From NCBI GenBank assembly GCA_965285935.1, contig OZ260662.1, forward strand, positions 79,670,001 through 79,734,000: a stretch of 64,000 nucleotides of DNA. The letters are read 5' to 3'. The notes beneath the pieces were generated by a model. The model was given only the letters and a program-made list of their open reading frames with translations, was not told the origin of the DNA and did no database searches. The DNA is from Ophelia neglecta (lineage: Eukaryota). Made by a program: the position numbers and the translations under genes. Within the stretch, counting starts at the first letter, position 1. Every line of letters begins with the position of its first letter. Below are positions 25,501-36,600 of the stretch, piece after piece.

Positions 25501-27996
25501 ACTGAAAATTGGGCAAGTTAAGGTTTGCCTATGGAGTTTGCTTACCAAGCTTTGTGATCTCGCAATTCCATTTGGCTATGTTTTTTGGGAGGAGGGAACC
25601 GACTCCCTTTACTATGCCCGAAAATTTTACAAATCGTGACGTCACCTGGATCGGAGTGGCCGGTAAAATTGATTATGGCACTTGTCTTGTAGCCACATTG
25701 TGGTGTAAAGGGTTTAAAGCCGTCAGTTCACAGCATAATACAACACATGCAATGGTAATTTGCTAATATAACCGGTCATATTCTTGGAGAAAAGAGTTTA
25801 AACATTTGGGCCCCCTGCTGGGAAATCGCCGTGTATCCAGAGAAAGTCCGGCTGCATGGGATGGGTGAGTAAGTAGCGCCGAGGCCAGTTTGGAGGCGGT
25901 GGTTTCGTGATTAACCTGCGTCACGTGAGCTGTGCGTAGATGCCATGTTTTGGTTTTGGTCATGTTATTTGTGTAGCCTTGTGTAGTACATGGCTGTAAT
26001 ACAATGTCAATAATAATTGTGAGAAAACCATGGCAATACCGCAATTAAGCGCTGTAACTGTCCGCAGAAATGAATTCCACTGCGGCAGATCACTGCAGCG
26101 GCCGTGATCTTAAAACATCCAGGCTCTAATATTGTAACTAACCCAACACAGCGTGTGGGGGAATCCCCATTCTCAACATCCGGGGCCTTTATGCTTCTCA
26201 TTAACATATTTAAATATAGTAAGCCGGGAAGCGAGGTTTTGGATTTGGCGGGAAATTTATATGCCACAAGAAAACAAATATGGCGTCTTCGTCGGACTCT
26301 GGAGTTTTCCTCTGACGACAATTACATGATCAACTTGACTTTAGCATCGTGTTATCTGACGAACAAAGGCGGGCATTTATCGGACTTTATTTCAATAATT
26401 CTGACAGAGGATGAGTTGACGGTTTGAGTTGTACAGACTTTAGGCCACCGGCATCGATGACATGGGCGAAAGGCGAGCACTTTCACCAAGGCCAAGTGAA
26501 AAGATTTAATAAGGCATTTGTTTTTGTAGCCAAATTCAGGGTTATAGGGCTTAAACAAAGTTAGGTCATTTCCGACTCCCAATGTTGAGGCTCTTAGCCC
26601 TTGTTTGACATTCTCTGTTAGTCAGCCATTTTATATTTATTCTTCACATACCAGTAATTGCATAGAACTCCCAATCTATCAGTAGTTTCTTCAATAAGCT
26701 TTGACAATGATGGCAGGAAAAGCAGTCCCCTCCCTCCCCCCCCCCCCCCCCCCCCGAAAGTTTGAAAGAATCCTTTAATACACTAGTATGCTTGTAGGAC
26801 TAACTTGAGGTATCTTGGATACTAAGATTAGATTGTGCCTTGAATCAACCTTAAACTAAAACACCCATAATCAATTATGCAGAATAAAATGAATGTCCAT
26901 CCTTTCAGAGGTGAACCCTCGTCAATGTTCATAATCGGTTTCTTCTTGTTTGGTTGTAGAATTCCCTTTTACTAGTGATGTGGAAGAGACTTGTCCCAAC
27001 GGTCACAAATTTGGTGAGTTCTCTTTATGGATGGAACATATTAAAAACATGGAAATATATACATTGAGTTTCATCTGAAAAGTTCTTAATGTACCTTAAT
27101 AACATAATTACATTCATCAAATCATTATTGGATTCATGGCCGTAATGTTTGTTGTTTCAGAGAATAAGATATTTTGCCGTCTTTTTTTTGTGGTAAAGAG
27201 GCTTCCTCAATACATTGTAGTTCCTCTATGGGTCTTAAACTTTCAAGATTCTTTTAAGTGACTCACAGGTTGCATTTGGCATAGCATAATACACCTTTTT
27301 TAAACATGTTGTTTAGAGATGTCTTAATACTGTTATCAAAGAACCCACATCATTGTTAATTATCTAATAATCAAATGTGCACTCTTTATTAGTTTTACCA
27401 GTAATCATCCACTGTATCGTAACATAACTTATTTTATTTTGTTGGCATTTCAGCTCGCTGTTGTCAGACATTACTGCTGTGTCAAACTACTACTTACCGT
27501 GTGTGCTCTGTGTGTAACTGTCTGGCCATGGCTAAAGATATCAGTGGTGGGCTCATACTACTTTCTATGTTTCGTCACTACTTGTATAGAATAGTAACTG
27601 TGTGACGTGAATTATTATTTATTGCATATAAATAGAAACAAACTGTGATGATATACATTTGTCCCAGTTTTACATAGATCTATGAGAACAAAGCTGTCGT
27701 CTGCAGCAGCATTGCATATCAGGGTCAGATGTGGGCCTGGCTCTCTAGTTTTATTTATTTCAATAGTACAGTCATATTCATCTCTATCATATCTTGTCAA
27801 AGCCTTTATGACAAAATGTGTCTGCACCAATTTAAACCAATATACAGCAGTGAATGTATTAACAGCCAGCAGTCTGTCGCGACAAAAAATGTGTACAGGT
27901 AGAATGTACAGGTCGAGTGCAAGTGCTGACATGCTGCGGTCTGATCCAACAACAAATTGTCCAGGGCAGTGTGCATTAATATGCTTCATTAGGTAG
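13577..27996 (+). CDS. GTF3C4: General transcription factor IIIC subunit 4 (TFIIIC90), multi-exon
   Basis: Phase-consistent exons: 13577-13699, 14952-15084, 16011-16134, 17549-17627, 18033-18174, 18426-18552, 19019-19101, 19909-20051, 20232-20352, 20759-20842, 21854-21956, 22239-22284; then ~23336-23401, ~23568-23712, ~24431-24533, ~25122-25210, 26960-27013, 27454-27545, last ~27767-27996 (middle and last exons less certain). Motifs GYRTAAFSPAKVDCNNRSMLATLTLD, SHGICTSAND and C-terminal CKLC..FPF...CPNGHKFARCCQTLLLCQ...YRVCSVC match the TFIIIC90 beta-propeller and Zn finger. AATAAA near 28098. Confidence 0.85.
14538..14692. mobile_element. Small MITE (hAT-like ends) in GTF3C4 intron 1
   Basis: Left end CAGGGCATGACATA versus right end TATGTCAGACCCT; internal CTTGCCC repeats. 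Confidence 0.5.
21150..21560 (+). mobile_element. Intronic LINE 3'UTR remnant related to the Crack-like element
   Basis: GGCGACCT...ACTGGCGTCC(T/A)GCAA at ~21475-21520 resembles 5420-5450 in the Crack-like 3' end; T-rich flanks. Confidence 0.4.
23730..24311 (+). mobile_element. Intronic CR1-group LINE 3' remnant
   Basis: Decayed ...SHNIRG... coding-like stretch, T-rich UTR, ends ATAAAC...GAATTGAATTGAA. Confidence 0.4.
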
Positions 27997-28595
27997 TAAT
28001 GAGGAAATGCATGCCAGGACTTTGATAGTGATGTAGATTAAATTAAGTAATTATCACTTTCAAATGCCCTGCCATTAAATAATATTAAATAATGTAAAAA
28101 TAAAAGATATACTTGATTCTGTTTTATTGTTTGATATAAAATAATAGGGACAAATGGTAAGACTGCATACAACAAATAACATATTAAACATTTTCTGTAA
28201 ATGGTATGTGGTGGCGCTGGGGGGGGGGGGGGAGGAGGCAGGGGTTAACATTTTGTATGTCTGTGACTTAGGGATGCCACCTCCAATTTACTTTGGACTG
28301 GCTACTCAAAGTGTTATTGTGAGGGCTGTATACAGTGTATTTTAGGTTTGTAATAATGGCATGCATCTATAATGTATAGTAGTTAATGTAGCAGTTATTT
28401 CATTGTGTTCTGATACATTTTTCAGGATCTTCACCATGGGCCCTTTCTTCACTAGAAGAGTGCACATATTGTGATGGGGAATTATTGTGACATCTATATT
28501 CAGGAGAAAAATATGAGGAGCCCATGTACTCTTTAAGACAACCTCCATGACTCAATTCCCAAACTCAAGTTTTAAACTCGTGGGCACCATGTATA

Positions 28596-31500
28596 GAGGC
28601 AACCCGGGGAAGTTCGGACACCGGGGATGTTCGGACACTTATCTTTTATGTAGTAGAACTTTGTGGGTGTTGGAATAAATCCTTTGCCGTGACCACATGA
28701 CTATTCTTGAGTTGTTTATTTATATTAGGGATTCCCCAACAATGAACTATCTGATTTGGTACGGGTTATGTCATTGGCTAAATTTGGATTGCGTCACAGG
28801 AGATGCCAGTCTCTGAAATCTGGCGGGATTCCCTGCCCCAGTTCTTGTAGGAGGTCACCAGTCATAAGCGGGTCATGATTAATACATGGCAAACATAGGA
28901 ATTTTTACTGATGTAATTAATTTATACAAATAGATAGGGCTCACATATTTCGTAAAGCGGAGACATTCAAGTTACAGTTACTTCAGGTATATTGAAAATA
29001 AAAAGTGTACATGGGTAAATTCGGACAAGATGGAATTTACAGGTTGTAATAGGCAGGAAGCAATTGTATATCCTCACCTAAGGGACATTTAGTGTCTATA
29101 TGAGCATTCCTGGGCAATATCGATAGATTTGATATTTAAATTCCTGCCGATGATTACGGAGAATCATCGAAATCCTATACTCAATCGCCAAGGGAGAGCC
29201 GCATTATGGTCATGTACTGATGTATTTTCAGGTCCAATATTCCACTTTTACTATCAGAGTCATCAAAAATTCCAGATCCCCCGTATTCCTACGTTCTGAA
29301 CTTGGCTCAGCATGGCAAAATAAGCATGCTGCTAGAAGATAATACCTTCTTGTTTAAGTTAAGGAACTACAAGAAAACAATATAGGCCTATATGTTTCCT
29401 TTGGGAGGTTGAAATCCTAAATAATTGTGTGAATTTCTGAAAGAATCCAATCATCACAAAGGGAATTTTCCCCTTTGTCCCACTGATCGATGGCGGGTTA
29501 AAATTAACCGGCGCATAATCGAACTCAACATTTCAATGTAAATATATGAGTTAAATTTCTGCAGGCTTTTATCTCGATAGAAACTACAAACTTAATTATT
29601 GGATAGGAGAATTATTTATTTCCATTAGATCATCATGGGGAGAAAGTCGAAGGACGTTTATCAACAATACGAAAGGAAAACGTTGAAAATGCTACCGCTG
29701 CTGTGCGCGGAGGGTTATCCCTCAGAAAGGCTGTGCACAGCTCAATTTGGGGTGCCGAAATCAACATTGAGTGACAGGGTCAGCGGGAAGAGCAATGAAG
29801 GGACGAAAATGGGGAGGCCAACAGTTTTCTCCAAAGATATAGAAGACCGAATTGCTAAAAATGTTAAAGAGGCTGCTGAAAGTGGTTTTGGACTAAGCCG
29901 GCAACAACTCGCTTGCAAGGCTAGCCAAATTGCCACCAATTTTAAAATAAAAACATTTAAAAATGGTATTCCAGGTGATGAATGGCTGTCTCGCTTCAAA
30001 AGGGACCACAACTTGTCCACCAAAAAGCCTCTAGGCCTTAGTGGTACCAGGGCCAGGATGATGAACCAGGTTGTAGTGGGGAAGTACTTCGATGATTTAG
30101 AAGGCATCCTTGATAGCTTGAACCTTAAAGGCAAACCGCACTTAGTGTGGAACATGGATGAAACTAATGTCTCTTTAACACATAAAAGTTCGAAGGGGAT
30201 TGCCGAAAGAGGGACAAAAAACATACCAGCACGCACCGGAAATTGTCGGGAAAACATCACTGTGTTGGTGAACATAAACGCTGCAGGCCGGTCAATACCG
30301 CCAATGTCTATTGTGAAGGGCAGCACTGTACAAAGTCTGAGGGCTCATAACACATCTGAGGCACCAAATGGGACGGTGTTCACCTACCAGAAAAAAACAT
30401 GGATGGAAAGCCTTCTATGTGAGTTGTGGTTCGAAGACCACTTCCTCAAAAACTGTGGTCCAGAGCGCCCGCAGCTCATCTTGTTGGATTCTCATATTTC
30501 CCATGAAACTATCGGCCTGATTGGGAAGGCCAGAGACAATGGAATTCACCTTCTCACATTTCCCCCTCACACAACTACTGGCTTTGTCCACTGGACAAAA
30601 CTATTTTCTCAGCCCTAGACGCTGCATACAACAGAGTATGCAGTGAGTTCATGGCAAGTAGCCCAAACAATCTTAATTGTCGCAAAATGGTTTTGGCCGG
30701 GTTTATTCCGTGAGGCATACGCAAGGGCTGTTACCCCCGATAACATAATCTCTGGGTTCAAGAAATGTGGTATTTTCCCCCTAGATATGGATGCCATACC
30801 TAAGCAAGCTTTTTGTCCATCGCTAATGTATGATCTACCTGATCCCACTTCCACATCTTCCGTTGACATGGTTATCCAGCAAGCGACAGCGCCCACACCC
30901 ACTGCCAGAAGTCAGTACCCCACCACTGCTGTTCATCACGCTTCACCACCAGCTGCTAGCCCTGCTGCACTTCGCCTCACCTCTACAGCGTCTTCAAGCG
31001 CCGGTGTTCCTCTCACCCCTGATCCACCGTCTGCTTCAGCTTCAGCCAAGGCCCATCTTCCCCTCACTATTGCTGTTACTCCATCCTGTGTCTCTAGACC
31101 AGCACAACCTTTCTTCTCAAGCACACCTTCGGGCTCAGCTACTATCTCTGCCTCTTCTCCGTCCACCATATCTGCATCTCTGGGTTCTCCACCTAGTGCA
31201 GACACTGCATCAGCTGTTCCTGGTATTTCACAACACCCTCCTGAATGCCTTTTCGATATAGGAGATGTTAGGCAGGATATAGAATTTCAAACAGATCCTT
31301 TCCTTCCACCCTCCACAATGAATGACACTGCTTTGGAGGAACTTTTAAATGTGGACCTGGCTCAGTAAGAGAAAAGCAACGTCTCATTATCCAATGTCGC
31401 AGGAGATGCCCATATTTTCACGGCTGATTTACTCTTGCGCGCCCTATCAGAGGGTGACAAAATCACTTTACATCCCGTGACCGATGGTGTTAACACAGTT

Positions 31501-33325
31501 GAAATTTTACACCATGCAGACATTCAACCTCTCCAACGCGCATTAGTGAGTGTAAAGCCATCAAATTCTCCCACTTTTCCAGCACCTCCATGCCCCGTGT
31601 TCCCCCGAGGCATTGTTGACGGTGCATTTCTGGTCCCTAAATATGAACCAAAAGCATCCTCAAAACCTAGGTCTAAACAGCTCACTAGTCATAGATTGCT
31701 TACCAGTGATGGGATTTAGGCCTATCAGCAAAAACTAGACGAAGATGCAGTCAAAAAGCAAAAAGTTGCTGATATGCAGCAGAGAAAAGTTGAACGTCAG
31801 TTTAAAAAGGAGAAGAAAGCACGTGAACAAAATGCCAAACTTTTAAAAGCAATGAAAAAAAAGAATTCCAAGTCAGGGAAAAAGGCCGGGCCAGAAAGAC
31901 ATTTCCTGGATGCTATGCAAACCTAACTTAACTTCTATTACGATGGTTCTTATAAATGTTTAAGGTTTTATCTCTAACCTGTTTAAATTGTTTTAAGAAT
32001 GTCTCTTCTTGTGGGAGCTGCTGTAAAACAAAAGGACAGTTCACAATTTTAATGTTATGTATTTCCCTGTTGATTTTGATTTACTGTTTCAGGTATAGAA
32101 ATAATGGCAATGTTGAGAAATGGCATGTGACCTCCCCGATAGAACAAGTTGTTGTCTCTACACGTGATCCACTAATTTGCATATGTCGACATCTACTATA
32201 GCAGTTGGACTGTCGACGTCTTTACCATTCTGTCAAACAATAACATCTATCGGGGTTGGGAAATTGGTGAATGGGGTTAGATCACTTAGACAAGAATAAG
32301 TAAATTTATGCATTAATTCATAAACATGTTTCATGGTAGCCTTGCTGAATCATTCGGCCAATCACCGTGATTCTGTACAGGCCCTAGCATTGATTTCCAC
32401 ATGCACGCTTGATTGCTACAAAGCACACTTCTACGCCACAAATTTGATGAACTAATCTGCTTAGTATTTGCACTAGGCCTGGCTCTTGGCTTCAATTCTG
32501 ACTGCCTTCGGCTCTCCCTGTACTATTATAATTCTAGAAAAACTACCCCTTCCAGTTTCTATGGCTTTTTCGAGCTTTATTAAACCATGCACAGATTCAA
32601 GACACTACTTTCTCGTCTACTTCTGCACATTGACAAAAATATGCCGGGTACTGAAAGTACTATGGCCATACGGTCAAGTGTCCTCTCTTAATACGGCTCT
32701 CGAAAATTAAATACTAATCAAACCAAAAAATCTGAATTATATATAATCTAAATTTGAAGTCCTGCCGCTCCATTTTCCTTAGTGAGGAAAGTCCGGGACG
32801 CATAACAATCCAGTTACCTTACCCTTCACAATGGATCCACTCATTGGCGGCACTGACCGGCAAGGTTTTCCACCTTCATTTAAATACGTTTTTTTTTTGC
32901 TATCAAGGGATACTAATAATCTGCTGTCTGCGCCCTTCGATTTGTGTCTATTGGAAGTATCTTCTACAATCCGTCTTTATTTGTTGTAAAAATGAAAATA
33001 TATAGTCTACCATTAGTTCCAAATCCGACATATTATTTCTGTTTGAGTCGATTATAATCAACAATGCTCATGTCTAGTGAGTGCTTCTCCAAATACAGAG
33101 TGTCCGAACTTCCCCTGTCATTGTCCGAACTTTCACTGACCATAGTTGAACAGCTTAATTCAATGTGAGGCTTTTGTCTAAAGAAAAAATTCTAAAAGCT
33201 GTATTTGGTACACTACTTATGATATTGCTTAAGACATAAATGTTACATTGGTGTGGCTTTCTTTTACACCAGTGAGCAGAATGGGAGTTCTAATGCAGAG
33301 TGTCCGAATTTACCCGGGTTGCCTC
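28596..33325 (+). mobile_element. pogo/Fot1-type Tc1-mariner DNA transposon, decayed
   Basis: TIRs GAGGCAACCCGGGGAAGTTCGGACAC (28596) and GTGTCCGAATTTACCCGGGTTGCCTC (33300-33325). Subterminal TTCGGACA repeats at ~28613, 28630, 29019 and inverted at ~33101, 33122. TA adjacent to the left end. Confidence 0.85.
29635..31927 (+). pseudogene. pogo-type DDE transposase (HTH_psq + CENP-B HTH + DDE_1), frameshifted
   Basis: FGVPKSTLSDRVSG, GIPGDEWLSRFKRDH, VWNMDET, WME...WF, LLDSHISH, FPPHTT/(shift)WLCPLDK, NIISGFKKCGIFP, then an S/P/A-rich linker and a K/E-rich tail. Several frameshifts and stops. Confidence 0.88.
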
Positions 33326-33574
33326 CTGCTAGATCATAACAGTTTTATGTATAAAAGTGAGATAAGAAGTATTTCAAGCATTTATTACATTTGGTATTTA
33401 TATATATATAAGATAAGATGCAACTGTGTATACAACTCAAAATAAAAAAACTATGTAAAAAATATGTCTAATGCCTATGATTGTGCCTTCCAATAAACCT
33501 GTCACGTGATAACTAGAACTTACAGAAACAATCAAAGTAGCAAATAGATCAGGACCTTAAATAAATAAAGCTGT

Positions 33575-33645
33575 AAGAAAAGTCAGAACAGTCGATGTAA
33601 AAATAGTCAAAACAGTTGATGTAAGAATAGTCCAAACATTCGAGA
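33575..33645. repeat. Short ~24-bp tandem repeat (about 3 copies) just after the SLC5 stop codon
   Basis: AGTCAGAACAGTCGATGTAAAAAT / AGTCAAAACAGTTGATGTAAGAAT / AGTCCAAACATTCGA. Confidence 0.6.
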
Positions 33646-33649
33646 GTCC

Positions 33650-36600
33650 TCAAATGCTCGATTCATACTGAACTATGACTGGATAGGAGACATCAATATA
33701 TTTTTCAGCAGCAGGATTCAGGTAGCCGATGTCTAAACTATCTTTACTGACTTTCATTTTCTCTCCGTCCTCCTCGATCTAAAACACAAACGGCATCATC
33801 TGGTAGCAATGTAATTTTAGTAAAGCCCTTAAAATTGGTTAATGCTTGATTTGAGTTTTCGAGATTTTTGCTTCTTCATTTACACTAAGATATAGGTCTA
33901 TCATAACTTCATCCTTTCTTTGCTTTGGATACATTTAAAGTAACTTACCTCTAAGACATTACATCTTAGCTTTTGTCTCATGGTGGTTGGAAGACAACAA
34001 CACATGTTGTACAGGAGAGGGTTGATCAGCCTGGGATCCACTTCACTTGGGACATTGGCACCTTTATAAATAGATAAATGTATATTTACTTAAAAGAATA
34101 GGCGTGTTCATTATAAGCTATCTCAATAAAGATATATGCAATACAACTTTAAAATATACCATAATTTTAATTTTTCATTGTTCTTTTTAATTTAATAGTA
34201 GGTATGTTAAATTTTAAGCCGCCACAGAGCGATTTCGCGTTTAAAATACTTCAATTAGTACAAGCTGCATGTAGCAGACGCACCCACAAACGATAAATTA
34301 AATTGATTGGTCAAGTTTTGAAGCGTGTTTCGTGCTCTCGTAACTGGTCAGGGATACGTGTACCCCTGTGGTGCTAATTAACTATTTTGTCTTACGAAAA
34401 GTTCATGCAATCCACCGATAGCCGCTTGGAAACTAACTCAGGGTTTTGATGCTGAAGTGTTATTTTACTTCTAGTGTAGATTTCACTATATAAGAAACTG
34501 TTAGTACACCATAAAGCATCAGCTTATAAAGAGATGCTGGATTTACTTTTTCATCCACACGGACCCCAAATAAAAACAAGAGCGATATCAAGATTGGCCG
34601 GTTGATATTTTCAAATAGGAAAAGGTATACATCTAATTTCGAATTATTTTTAAGAATCACAAACCTCGACATGTCTAAATGTCATAAACTAGAAAGATAC
34701 ATGTGGAAATAAAAGGAAAACTATTTTTACGATCTCGAGAGCAGAGAAACGTTTTTAATTCCGACCGAGATCAAGATGCATATCTTAGACTTAGGTTCAT
34801 ATGAAGAATTTACCTCAAATTTATTTTATCATATGTCCACAGATCCATCAAAGAGAATCAAATTTGACAATTTTATAGAATTCTCTCGAATATTGCGTTA
34901 TTTTCTATGAATGCGTGAAGGCAGTAGATATCCAAAAATAAATGAAAATGAACTGGTGAGCGACCAAGGGACTTTGGATGTGTATATCTATATCAAGAAA
35001 TACTCGAGCAAACCTGTGGCGAAACTGACGATTAAACCCACAACAATAACTGTGGTTAGAGCTATAGACGAGTACCACATATAGGACGTCTCATAAACCT
35101 TTAAGTAGCCTGGCCTGAAAGAAAATCAAAAATAGTATATCTTTTTTGTAAAAAGGTTGTGAATAATTAAATAGCTTGTCGAAATATAATATATAGTCGG
35201 TTCAGTTTTAAGAGTAACAACTAGCCGGAGGCGACATGAAGCGGCATGTACATTTGCATGCCGGAAGCAAGAACCATGCAGAGCCTAGGGCCACAGACCG
35301 AAGGCGACATCGCATGCTCTACTAGATGGAATATAAAGATTGTTTCGCCTCCAGTCAAACTCGATATTCATTAGTTTTATTCAGTTTAGTCACGTGACTG
35401 ACTGGTGTGGATCCGATGGGACGGTGTTGTTTTGATACACAGGTGATATCAGAGAATCTTCGAATGTGAGGTTCACACAGCCATCAACCGATATGGGAGG
35501 TTTGTAGACCGAAGGTTTGAATACCTGCGCGCCAATACCAAGCCATAGTGTTAGCAGTAAACCCGTTAGCAAGCCCACATAACCTCCCTTGAAAACAATT
35601 AGTGTTTAAAATCAACAAAATATATTTATATGACCAGTGACCAATTTGAAAGGAGGAGCATTGCAAACGTTGTTTAACGTCAGAAAATACCTAGGAATTA
35701 TCACAAATATGTTACACTGTAATATGAATTATTAGTTTCCAATCTAAACCTTGTAGTTTGACCATGGAAAAAGAATTCCTAGAGTGTACAATCCTAACAG
35801 CGGTCCCCCTATCATGCCGAACAATCCTAATGCTGCCTTAATAAAGTGCGTAAATGAATTGTGACTGAACAATGCAATATATAATGTATAAATTAAAAAC
35901 GTAAAGTTCACAATTATCATTAAAAAGTAATATATTATTTGAATTATCTCTGCCCTGTGCACAGTGGTAATAGTTACGCTCCTCACTAACAAATAACTTG
36001 GGAGTTATTGTTACTGTGGGCAGGGCATGTATCTCCTGCACCTCTACGTCTATTTCACTCATATTTTAAAACATGTAAGATACAGTTTGTTAAATAATAC
36101 AATCACTTTCCTCTTACCTGTAAAACCCCACCCAACTGAGACGCCACAAAAGTCAATGCGATCATTATAACACCATACAAAATTGCTAGAATTTGAAGTG
36201 ATGATTATTAGCCAAGTCATACATAAAGCCTTAATAAGCCTAGTTGACAGACAAAATATGATCTAGATCATTAACAAAACGTTACCAGGCTGGTGACCCC
36301 TGGTGAGATATATTTTCAATAGATCTCTATAGGTTTTAATGTTAGTGTGTCGTTTGTAGTATTCTATCTATTGCATTATTTTGCTCTGTGAGAATGTTTG
36401 TGTTCTTTTTATGCAACACCATGTCTATAAAAAACGGAAATACCACTAAACAAATTTAAAGTATCTCACCTAAAAGTTTCCCAACTAATGTGGCTCGCGA
36501 CTCCGACATATTTTTAAACCAAATCCCCCTGACTAGATCCTGGAGAGTAACGGCTGAGAGAGAATTCAACCCCGACGAAATTGTGCTGAAAAAGAGTTTG

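Noticed and set aside
25430-26610. GC-richer intronic block with several 76-107 aa ORFs
   Set aside because: No recognisable motifs or convincing termini; probably a non-autonomous transposon remnant that I cannot classify.
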